A stretch of 64,000 nt of DNA from Lama guanicoe (taxonomy: Eukaryota), in contig MU056029.1 of NCBI GenBank assembly GCA_013239625.1, positions 124,001 to 188,000 on the forward strand. Reading direction: 5' to 3'. The notes under the pieces were generated by a model. The model had not been told where the DNA came from. It worked only from the letters and a program-made list of their open reading frames with translations, and made no database searches. Every line of letters begins with the position of its first letter. Positions within the stretch are counted from its first letter, which is position 1. Both the position numbers and the translations under genes were made by a program. Below are positions 38,872 through 50,058 of the stretch, piece by piece.

Positions 38872-38953
38872 AATAGTTAACTTGAGTTCAATCTTATATA
38901 GAGCTTAACCTAAATAGTTAACTTGAGTTCAATCTTATACAAAGCTTAACCTA
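38872..38953. repeat. 41-bp tandem duplication, two copies, 2 mismatches
   Basis: aatagttaacttgagttcaatcttata(t/c)a(g/a)agcttaaccta twice. Confidence 0.97.
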
Positions 38954-39959
38954 AAATTAAACCTAGAATTATATTAGCATTCAGCACATACACACACAAA
39001 ATATTTATAATGCAATATACTAAAAGAACTAAAGGTAGCTGGGTTTTCCTTGAAATAATCATGAACACATATTTTCAGTTTAATTTTATTGCACCTGTCT
39101 ATCAAATGCAGAATCTAAACCCATAAAATAAAATCTGAGTTAAAGGTAACAAATTACTGGCTTCTAATTTAACTTCAAAACGCTTTTAAAAATTTTACAA
39201 CATGTAATTTTAAGTGAACTAGACTGCACTGTTCAAATACAGAGAACTGTTTTTCTAAAGACCAACCACAGTTTATCTTTAATGTCTAGTAAAATACTTC
39301 AATGTAGCCTAATTATAAATTCTTTTGAGCAGTTATCAACTGGAATAATATTTCTCTAACTGGAAAATAAAATGCAATTCTGATCAATCAGTATATGAAC
39401 ATTCTCCTCCAATACTCACAAATGTCTGAAACTACACATTAAAAAAATGAGACAGACAACAAATATTAACTTTTCTCACTGAGTAATTTTCAATTCAAAA
39501 GCAAAGAAATTATTTAATTTCAATTGAGGTAAGTGCTAACTGAGGAAAAGCAGAATTCAGTAACCACATAATAAAAGAAAGCCCTAATATTAGTGAGTAC
39601 AAGGAGATTCTCAAGGAAGGCTTCCCTGAGTAACATATAGGCTGAACCCTAAAGGGTGGGTAAAATTTGTTGCCTAACTGTGTTCCAAGCAAACTGAAAT
39701 GCACTGGGCAAAAGGCTTGGAACAAGAAGGCTGGATATCTCAAAAAACTGAAAAAAAAAGCCAATACTGTTAGATGATTCTAAATGAAGGGGAGTGTGAA
39801 AGAAAATAAAGCTGAGGAAGTACAGAATCCAGATCATGCGGGACCTTGTAGACCAATTAAGCACTGTATTTTATCCTAAAAGCAACAGAAAGATAGAGAA
39901 AAAATTTAAACAGAAAGTACCAAGGTTAGACTTGCACTTTTAAAAGATCACTGGAAAAG

Positions 39960-42060
39960 AATCATTTGTTCACAATAATCTAAAAGAATTATAAACTATT
40001 AGAAATGATAGAGAGTTCGGCCAAGTTAATGAATATAAAATCATTATTAGCAATGATCAAATATAATAAAAAAGATCCTATTTACAAAGCAAATATACAT
40101 ATATATCAATCAAATATCTAGGAATAAATTTAATAAAGTATGTGTAAAAAGCATCTGAAAACTGTAAAACATAAAAGAATTAAACAAATGGCAAGATAAA
40201 CTATGTCAATTCTCAAGTTAATTTATATATTCAATGCAATTCCAATTAATACCCCTGGAACTTGATAAACTGGTTTTAAATTATTATGGAAGAATGAAAG
40301 TCTATGAAGAATCAAGACAATTCTGAAAATGAATAAAGGGGTAGGCTTTGACTCAGATTTCAAAGCTTATTTTAAAGCTATTTGAAATAAAACAATATAG
40401 TACTGGTGCTTTAAAAAAGGGAAAGAAAAAGAATAAAGAACCTAGAATCAAACCCAAGCATTTGGCAGATGATACAGGTGACTTTTTTTTTTTTTAAAGA
40501 AAAAAACTAATGTGGAAAGGATTCAATACTTAATGTTGGGACAACTAGTTTTTCATATGGAAAAAAAAATTAATTCCTAATTCCCTATCGGATGGACCTA
40601 AATGGGGGGAAAAAAAACTATTAGCAGACAATATAAAAAGGGGATTTCTTCAATAAACAACACAAATCATAAAAGATTCATAATTTTGACATAAAAATTA
40701 AGATTCTATATCCCAAAAGGAATACCACAATGGGCAGTAAGTAGGATTTTCTTATATTTTATTCTTATTCAGATAATTTTCTTGGCTGCATTATAAAGAA
40801 GATTGGATAAGAAGAACTCCAAGGTCCTTTATAACATAAATGCTGCATTTTTTTAAATTTATGAAACATTTAAAACATACAGAAAATAGTAAAATTCATA
40901 TCCATATATCCACCACCCAGAATAACCAAGGAAATGCAAATTAAAATGAGGTATTTCACATCGATCAAATTAGCAAAAGTTTTTAAATATGACTATCTCA
41001 AGTATAGGCTAGGAGGCTGGAAGAAGGTAAAGTATATACTGACACAACCATTTCAGAGAATTTAGTACTATCTAGCAAAGTTAAAGATATCCACAACCTG
41101 TTTCTCAGCAACTTCACTTCCATCAATCTTCCCAAAGAAATACATGCATTAAGAAATGTGTAAAAATGACCACTGCAGCATTATTTATAATACCAAAAAA
41201 GAAAAAAACTCAAAATCTATCTATAATGGGACACATACAGCTCACATAGGATACAATGGAGCACCAATACAGCAGTTAAACTACATAAACTAGAGCTACA
41301 TGCAACAACATGCATATCTCAAAAAGTACTGAGTGAAAAAGCAAGCAAGGTGATTAACGGTATGTGCAATACAATACCATTTTGTAAAAATTTTAGAACA
41401 TAAAATCCAATACCATATATATCACTTATAGATACAAATACACACATACAGTAAAAGTATAAACAAGGATATGAAACCCAAGAACCTCAGGATAGTTAGT
41501 ACCTTGGGTAAAGAGAGACAGTAACAGGACTTAGAGGTGAGGTGGCTACAAGTGAACAATTTTTTTTTTTTTTGATCAAAACAAGTTTTTGGTTTTATTA
41601 ATTTTTTGGCAAACTCAGCTCTTTCAAGCTGTTGATTTTTGCAGATGTATTTCATTAGTTCTTTTTTTTAAACATTTTTTATTGATTTATAATCATTTTA
41701 CAATGTTGTGTCAAATTCCAGTGTTCAGCACAATTTTTCAGTCATTCATGGACATATACACACTCATTGTCACATTTTTTTTTCTGTGAGTTATCGTAAC
41801 ATTTTGTGTATATTTCCCTGTGCTATACAGTGTAATCTTGTTTATCTATTCTACAATTTTGAAATCCCAGTCTATCCCTTCCCACCCTCCACCCCCCTGG
41901 TAACCAAGTGACCATTTAAGACAGAATCTGTTTCTCAAAGGATCAAAATTGGCATAATTTATAGTTCTGGGTGGTGGGCAAATGAGCATTTGCTATATCA
42001 TTTACTGCATGTTTTAAATGTTTTGTGATTAAAATATATACATACATTTTAAAAAGAAAA
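39960..42060 (+). mobile_element. Highly decayed L1ME-type element
   Basis: Scattered ORF2 and 3'UTR motifs (ggaaatgcaaattaaaa; actgagtgaaaaagcaag). Confidence 0.7.
41560..41904 (-). mobile_element. Young L1 3' end carrying about 85 bp of extra 3' sequence and a second poly(A) tail
   Basis: L1 3'UTR 41904-41662, then non-L1 sequence with AATAAA, A14 and a degenerate TSD. Confidence 0.85.
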
Positions 42061-43168
42061 AAAAAACTGAGCAAATAGTATCCAAGCGGAAAATTACCTT
42101 GGAGATGATCTAATCCAAGCCACTTTTATAAAAGAACTAAGGAAAGATATCAGAATTAGAATATGAAATAAATACTACTGCAGTCACGGCTATTTTAAAC
42201 ACATACTAGGTAGCTAAAATAGCACTTAAGGGAATTAGATTTTGATTGCTTTAAAGAAAATCCTGGTAGGCTAAATAGCGGTGAGCCCCAATTTCTCAAA
42301 ATCTGGTGTTAGCTAGAAATATGGAAAATGAACACACACAAGCACACAAACACACGCAAGCATGCACACACACACTCTCTTTCCCTCCCCTCCTAGGAAT
42401 TCCCTTTCAAAGGCAGCACAAACATAGGCAGTAAAGTAGGGCCACAGCAGGACTCTGGCTCACTGTCCCGGCTGACCCTAATTTATCTTTTCGTAAAATT
42501 ACTTAAAGTTCTGAAGCCTAGAGGGTTGCTCCTGATCATACTTAAGAGTTCATTAGCCCACAGCAGATATCTAAAAGAATTCCTGACCTAACCAGAAAGT
42601 AGTTCATTCATCCAGCACTTACAAAATACCTAAAATGGCACATGAAAAAAAAAAATGAGACAGACAGCAAATACTTACTCTTCATACAGAATCTTCAATC
42701 CAGGAATAAACTGTTTTATTTCAGTTCAGATAAATGACTTTCCTATTTTCCAACTGAGATCCATTTATTTCTAAGTTCACCCTCTACCTTTCCTCTACCC
42801 AAAAGATGGAAGACAAATTTCGGGCAGGAGGAAGTAAGGTGACTCTTTACTGAGTTAAATGAAACCCTAAGATTTTTACTTTTTCATTTTGAAGATAATT
42901 TGAAGTATATTTACACTGGGCAATAATTAAATTTAAAAAAATACATAATTTTAAATGTGTAAATCTAGTTTTATGTATATAAAAGGCTAAAGTTAGCTCA
43001 GTTTTTCTAATATACTATATCTGTGTTTTCATTTCAACATTATAATCAATTTTTAAGAAGCACTTCCATTCTATCAAGCCCAGTGCACCCTTACATTACA
43101 TTAGCTACCAACCTTTATCCATTTAATTTTCTATTTTCCGTCTCTGTTCTTTAAATATGTTTAATATG

Positions 43169-43546
43169 TGTCCTAGTCCATTTAGGCTGCTAAAAACAAA
43201 ATACCATAGACTGGGTGGTGTGTAACAAACAAATTTATTTCTCACAGTTCTGGAGCCTAGGAAGTCCAAGATCAAGGCACTGGCAGATTCGATGTCTGGC
43301 AGGAACGAGCTTCGTGGTTCCTAGATGGCTGTCTTCTGGCTGGATCCTCAAATAGCAGAAGAAGGGAGGGAGACTTCTGGAGTCTTTTAAAGGGCCATTA
43401 ATCCCACCACAAGGGCTCCATTCTCATGACCTAATCACCTTCCAAAGGCCCCATCATTACATGGCAGAGGAGGGGGGATGTTAGGATTTCAACATATAAA
43501 CTTTGAGGGGGGGAGTGGGGATGACATAAACATTCAGTCTACAGCA
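43169..43546 (-). mobile_element. MLT1A-like solo LTR (ERVL-MaLR)
   Basis: tgtcctagtccatttaggctgcta...tttatttctcacagttctggag...aacattcagtctacagca. Confidence 0.88.
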
Positions 43547-46500
43547 ATGTTACAGACATCGCAAAACGTGTAAGAAATAGAATATGAATGAAGCAGCTTA
43601 AATTATTAGGGAAGCTTTCCATTTCTTAGGAGCTCTAAATTTGGATTATCTTAAACAGCATAGTTTTCTATCACTAACACAGAATACGACACATCATCAG
43701 CTCACTTCAAAAAACTAGAAAAATGTTACCTAGTTAATCTTCCTGTGAAATAGGATCCATCAATTAGTACACATCACAAACAATAAGTGCTCAGAAGATG
43801 TATTTTTTAATTCCCAAAACGAAACCTTTAACTATTTAATAAAGGCAAATAATTAATATTCTTATTCATGGTACATTGTAAGGTTATCAACATTGACACA
43901 TACATGCACAGAGGTACAATAAATAAAATTCCTAGGAAAAAGTACCAAGATAATACGCTGGAAACAACCCATATTTCATATTTCTCCCCATGACCCATTA
44001 GTTTTATATAGAAAACACTGCTGGGTATTTCATCCTTTCCCTTCCAAAGGACAGGATTATGCTTTACATATAGTGAGAGATAGGAAATCATTTGTCACCA
44101 GTATGAAGAAAGTCCTGTAGTGGTTATCTGCAGCGCTAGAGGTTATCATCTCAGAAGAAAATAAAGACCCATCAGTTTTAGAGAGGGTGTTAAAGGGTGC
44201 AAGGAAGTGACAAAATGTGACATTTGTCCATACTGAGTGTTCATACATGGTCGTTATATTATTCTCTGTCTTGTCTGTATACTTAGTTTGGAAGGAAAAT
44301 TCAAAATTTATTCTGCATCATAAAGAATATAAAAACAGATGAGTTAGGATATTGGCTAGAATTCACAAGGGCAATTCTAAGACGACTTTCTCAACACTCA
44401 AGAGGAAGGCTGCTGAGGTAGAAGTCTATTAGAAACCTGAAATGGGTAAGTCATCCTTTTTGATACGAGGAGACAAGAGTTATCAAATGAACAGATTATG
44501 TACTGATAGCATCTTCATGTAGCCCCCAGCTATGAAATTTGTGTACTTGTCTCAAATGTAAAAGGAACATCCTGAATCACTTAAGTACAATGGGCACCTA
44601 TTAAGAACTAAAAAAGAGCTAAAAGCCTGCAGACCACAGAGACAGGTCAAAAAATGTTTCATGTTTTATTTCTGTAACATAAAGGGATCTGTGCTTGACT
44701 AATCTCAATTGATCCCAAAGGGTACAGAAGATCAACTTCTGGAACACACTGAGTGTTAAGTAAGAGTCACCACATTAGTCTCCACACTGGCCAGCCAAGA
44801 GTTTCATTTAAGGAAGACTTTATCCTACTCGTATGAGTGTTCAGGGCTCATATACCACCTCTTTGTTTTTATCCGCAGCACACATGCTGACTTTTAGTTA
44901 ATGAAGTCTTCTACGATCCACATATGACATCTTATAGTAGATTCCTGCAGATTTCCTAGAATTGAACTTCTGGAATAATCTTGTCTAGTAAGATTCTAAG
45001 CCTCCAAAACCCCTTTTCCTTTCAGGTCAACCTTCTGATTCACTCATCATTTATCAAATTAACAGGAGAGATCAGGAGTAAATCAAATTACACAAGTGAT
45101 TTGACTTTGGACTAATAATACTGAATAATGCATTACTAATTATTAAGATCTACTATTTATTTCAAATGTAGTTACCAAATGTAAAATGAACTCACACACT
45201 AAGTATTTCCCAAAATAATACTTCTATGGAAAGGTTAAAAGTGTCAATAGAGAAAACCATGAAAATATACCAAGGTTCCAATCACCTGTCTACCACTAAC
45301 CAACTTGTTTTCCAGAGCAACTCACTAAATCGTTATAGTCACTTTATACAGTAGTATTAATCTCCTTTTTCGAGAATGATTCCATTTGAAAAACATAATC
45401 CTCTGAAACAAAGCAAGCAGCACCTTTATTTGACCGAAGGAAGGTAAAGAGTCCAAGGCTCAGAAAGCTAAATGACCTGCTCATGCCCAGCTAAGAAGGT
45501 GTCAGAAGGATGATCTTCTGACACCAAAGTTAGTGCTTCTTCCTCCACATCAATGGTTCTCAGTGGCTTTTGTTCACAGAACCTGTTGAGACTTTGAAGC
45601 ACTTAAAATTTTAAATATAATTTTAGGGAGTTCACAAGTTACAAAGCTTAGAATCAAACAGTAATAACTGTCAGCCAAATCTTATGAGCAACCAGCAGCA
45701 TTCAAAAAGTACTAGCCCTATTTCATGTTCAGGTAAACCTTATACTTAATAATCTTCTTTTTGACTTACTATCCATAATGGTATTTACTTGTTAGAGACA
45801 GCTGGATCAAAGCACTGTAAGTGGCATTTCTGGGATTAAATGAAAACAAAAGTCAGCAAAGAAATTTACTATGTATTTAAATCATTTCATTAAAAAAAAC
45901 TATATAGCATCTTTTAAGTGTTTCAAACATCTCATGTTTTGGATATAGGATGTAAGTTTGTAGATTAACACTATTTCTACTTAACTGTAATTTTACTTAA
46001 ATAGCTTTATTAGAAGAAAAAGCCCCATTTCCTACACTGCTATGATCAGAAAAGGCCCACTGATGGCATCTTGTGAAGGCTGCCTTCTACTAGTATCTTA
46101 GAAAACACGTAACTCCAAGGTGGGTGGTTAATCCCAAAGCAAAGTAACCACTCCTCCCAACAGGTGGGATGGAACACATGCAGTTCTGAACCAGTCTAGA
46201 GGCTCAAATTGTGGCCCTGGCTCTGCCACCTGGTGACTTTTAGAAAATCATTTTAAAGCTCTGCACTTTAATTTCCTCATATGTAAAATGAAAGGAGTAA
46301 CTGACCTCAAGGATAGTCCTTCTCAGGCTTAAAACGTCTGAATTTTTAACAAGACAGAATGATAATTATCCCAGAAAAATATCCAAATATTCACAGGCAA
46401 TTGCCAACATTAATTTATTTATTTTATACAATACATCCACACACACAAATACTAACATACTATCTGCCAGATACTGGGTGGTAGACTGGGACCACGATAT

Positions 46501-46984
46501 GAAGCGTCTAACATGTGCCAGACGGTATATAAAGCAAAGAGTTAAAGAGTATTCTTCAGAACAGGAGCTGGGAGTGGAGGGTGTTGAGTCCACAGAACTG
46601 CCCTAGGATTGGAAGGGCACTAGGAAAATGGGGCTCCATTATGCAACAGAGTTTCACAAAAAAAAATGGTGTTATGTGGAGAAAGTCACTAGACTATACG
46701 CTTCCAAAAAAACAGAGACATGAGTCTTGTCTTTGTAACCTAGAGTTCACAGTAGCCCCAGGAAGTACCTAATAAATGTTAGTCAGCCATTTACTAACAA
46801 CCTAGTCATCCATACTCTGGTAACACACTCTGGTGAACGCCAGTCGTCCTTGCCCTTAAAGAGTGAACTAGTGAGCAAGAAAACAACGTGAAGAATAATA
46901 TGCTAGAGTCCACTGTATGTATATAAGGTGTTTTTGAGCCCATTCAGGAAAACTGGGTAGGATGACTTTAAAGGTTAATACTTT

Positions 46985-47162
46985 TTAAGTGCCTATGTGT
47001 TAGGCATGTTATGTACGTGAATCTACAGTTCTGAGTTAGTCTCACCATCCCATTTTACAGATGACAAAATTTGCAGCTCAAGATTAAATAACTCGTCAAG
47101 GGTCAGACAACTAGGGAAAGGTCAGAATTAAAAGAAGTATCTAGTTCCAAAGCTATTTCCAC
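46985..47162 (-). mobile_element. MIR SINE
   Basis: cccattttacagatgacaaaat...aataactcgtcaagggtcagacaactag. Confidence 0.8.
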
Positions 47163-49238
47163 TATACGTAACACAATGTCTCTATGACTTTTATACTTTA
47201 CATTTGCAGTGGGGAGAGAGCAGGGACTGCCAAAATCACCCCAAAACTGTTGTCCTGAATCATCATGAAAAGAGCATCTAAGACTTTACCCAAGTATTTT
47301 ACTTGAAAAAATCACTTTTGAAAATTTGTCTTCACTCTTAAAAACCAGAAACCTAATTTTTTACGTACTTAATGTTTCTACATCTTGACCTATACAAGTA
47401 TAAATAAAAGGGTGCAACATGACTGAAGAACATAACCAGTAATCATTTAAGAAAACAGACACTTTATAAACACCATTTTAAGTGCTTGGGTTGAAAAACT
47501 TAGGTGTGATCCACAGTTTTGGATTATTCCACCAACTTCATATTGAGACAAACAGCAAATGATTCCAAAAAAATCTTTCAGGGGGATAAAGGACTGTTCT
47601 GGGAGGAGAGAGGAGGGTCATTTAGAAATGATCAATAGTTTAAGAAGTAAAACTTGAGTAAATGTTTTATGTCAAAGACACTGCAGGTACCCAATAAATC
47701 TTGTTACATGGGCTGGGCAAGTGGGTTGAGAATGTGTCATCCTCTTGCTTCTGACCAGTATGTACTCTTATTTTTTAAGCCATGAAAAAAGTGTAAATTT
47801 CAGAAAGCTAAAATAAAAGCAGCTTACAAAACCTATAAAAAGGGATCAAAATACTGTAATTTGTATCTCTGTGTAAAGTTAAACTCCTCAGTAACCCAGC
47901 AATGTCAGAGGATGGTGTACATACTACTCAGCATACTAAAACTAGTTAATAAATATTGACACAATAAGACTTTCAGAGCTTACATTCTGATTTTGTACAG
48001 AGACATTATTTCTTGAAGCTCCTTGTTTCTGTTTTCTTATGATTGCCTAGTTTCTTGAAAGGGTTTCTGGTCATTCCTTGGGCTTATCGGCACCATCATT
48101 CATACTGTATTCATTCCATTAAAAATGTGGTGAGTAACTCAGATTTACAAGCAGGATCCAATTTCAAAGTTATTTCCACTTCTTTTTAACTTCCTAAGTC
48201 AAAAGTGTGAGACCAACACTTCCCACCCCGCTTGTCCAATTCATTGTCCAAGATTTATTGGGTATTCAAAGTGTCTTTTCACAAGTAACTTTTTACAGTT
48301 GTACTTCTAAACTTCAGGTCATTTCAAACCCTCTTCCCTCCCTCGCAAAAATTATGGAATAATTTGCTGCTTCTTTCAATATTGCAGGTTGTGGAAAGAT
48401 CCGAAATTATGGGTCATATCTGTATTAATTCGTGACTGATGGAGGGTAACTTCGGAATTATCTTTCGAGGATTCTAAGATTAACCAAACACCGTGTATAT
48501 TAAAATTTTTAACAACTTTATGAACTAAAGCTTTTGCCGCATTCAATTCTGACTTTACCAACAAAAACCTCTATACCACGACGAGTAAAGAGTTCATTTT
48601 CTCAACTGGGAAAAAAAAAAGCCAACTGTTGGCAGGTTTGCATTAAACAGAGTCTCCGGCGAGCCCAGCAGCACACGTTTAATTTCAGAATCGCGATGAG
48701 TAATACGCGAACACAACCCTTGGGCTTGATTTACCACTTCATTAGCACCCACCCCCCCAACCAGCCCACCCCACCAAAGCACAAGTCTGAATCGGTCTTC
48801 ACCAAGACGGCCAAAACCTCGAAAACACCGAGAAAGAGTTCCCCTTGGAAGGAAAAGGCCAGCCTTTCCCAGCCTGGGGCCCAGGCCGGCTCGGCGAGCC
48901 CCGCTTCAAGGAGGGCCACCTTCGGAGCCCCGCACGCCCCGCCCCGGGCCCGCTCGCGTCCCCTCGGGCGACAAAACCCTCCCTCCGGCGCCCAGCCAGG
49001 ACTGACAGTTACGGCGGCAGCAGCCGCTGCTACCAGAGGCCTACTTCTGGCACCGGCCCCTCCGGACCACTCACCCCTAAACACTCGCCCCAGCGGGGGA
49101 GGGGGCGTCTCGGCCCTCGCCGGAGCCGGCCCGGAAGAGGGGCTCCAGCAGCAGAAGGGGCAATGAGAGGTGCCGCCCGGCCTCCCCGGCCCAGGCCCCG
49201 TCCGCCCCGGCCCAGGCCCCGTCCTCAGCCACACTGAC

Positions 49239-49790
49239 CTGTCGTCGCCCCCGCGCCTGTGCTGCGGCCCTCGCAGCAGCGGCCGCCTCACTGGTCGTCG
49301 TCGCCCTTGCCCACCGCCTCCGCCCGCCACCGCCTCGTTCCCTGTCGCTGCCGCCACCGCCGGCGCTCATGCGGGACCCGCGCTTCCTTCTCCGGAGACC
49401 GAGGCCGGGAAAGGGGGCGCAGGGGCCGCAGAAAACCCCGCGCTCGTCGCCCGCCGCCGCTCCGCCGCTGCCTGTCCGCGCCGGGGGTCTAGAGGCCCTC
49501 CCGGCCGGGGCGAGGTGTGAGCTGCTCCGAGCGCGGCCCCGACGAGGAGCCGAGGGAGGCGCCGCCGCCCGCGGCCGTGAGCGCCGGGTCGGCGGAGGTG
49601 AAGCGCAAGTCGGCGGCAGCGGCGGAGGATGGCGGGCGCCTGAGAAGGCGGAAGGCTACGCGGTGACGGCGTGCGCGAGCGAGAGAAGGGCGGTGCGTCG
49701 AGGTTCTGGAGAAGCGGATTCAGGTTCTGTCGTCTCCTGCAGTCACCCCGAGCCCAGCGCCACCATCTTGGGAAAAACGCGGATCTCGCG
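49239..49790 (-). other. UBE3A: UBE3A exon 1 (5'UTR); 5' boundary approximate
   Basis: Lies in the CpG island and ends GGGGCGACGACAG|GTCAGT (donor GT at 49238-49237). It begins near CCAAGATGGTGGCGCTGGGCTCGGGGTGACT, which resembles the recalled start of human UBE3A mRNAs. Confidence 0.85.
49758..49771 (-). promoter_or_regulatory. YY1/TISU-like motif CCAAGATGGTGGCG near the inferred TSS
   Basis: One mismatch from the CAAGATGGCGGC consensus. Confidence 0.5.
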
Positions 49791-50047
49791 GCCGCGGCGC
49801 AAGCTGGGAGGACTGGCTGGGCGGGCCGAGTATCCCGGCAGGCAGCGCGCGCCGCCGGGACGGGAGAGCGCTCCAGGCCTGGACGCAGAGACGCGGGGCG
49901 GGGCCGGCTTGCGCGCGGAGGGGCGCAGAGCAGCGCCCGCCCCCAATCGCCGGCTCCGGCCCCCTCCTGCTTGCCGTCGTCGCCAGAGCAGGGGCTGTTG
50001 GGAAGGGGAAGTGGCTCGCGGCTCCTCGCAGTCCCACCAGGGTAGGT

Positions 50048-50058
50048 CGCCATTTTGG
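50048..50058 (-). promoter_or_regulatory. YY1 consensus site CCAAAATGGCG
   Basis: Plus strand cgccattttgg; matches the AANATGGCG YY1 consensus. Confidence 0.6.

Larger units (their letters stand above)
1..49790 (-). other. UBE3A: UBE3A gene, 5' portion (promoter, exon 1, alternative 5' exons, first coding exons); the gene continues beyond the left edge
   Basis: Splicing 20927-20908 to 17689-17645 gives MATACKRSSGESQSDDIEASRM. This matches the recalled N-terminus of long E6AP isoforms (human MATACKRSGEPQSDDIEASRM, mouse MATACKRSPGESQSEDIEASRM). Exons have canonical AG/GT ends and there is a CpG island at the 5' end. The TSS position is approximate. Confidence 0.97.

Noticed and set aside
39430..42700. 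Similar motif cacat-An-tgagacagaca-caaata at about 39435 and 42640
   Set aside because: Short, A-rich and compatible with independent L2-type remnants; no extended homology
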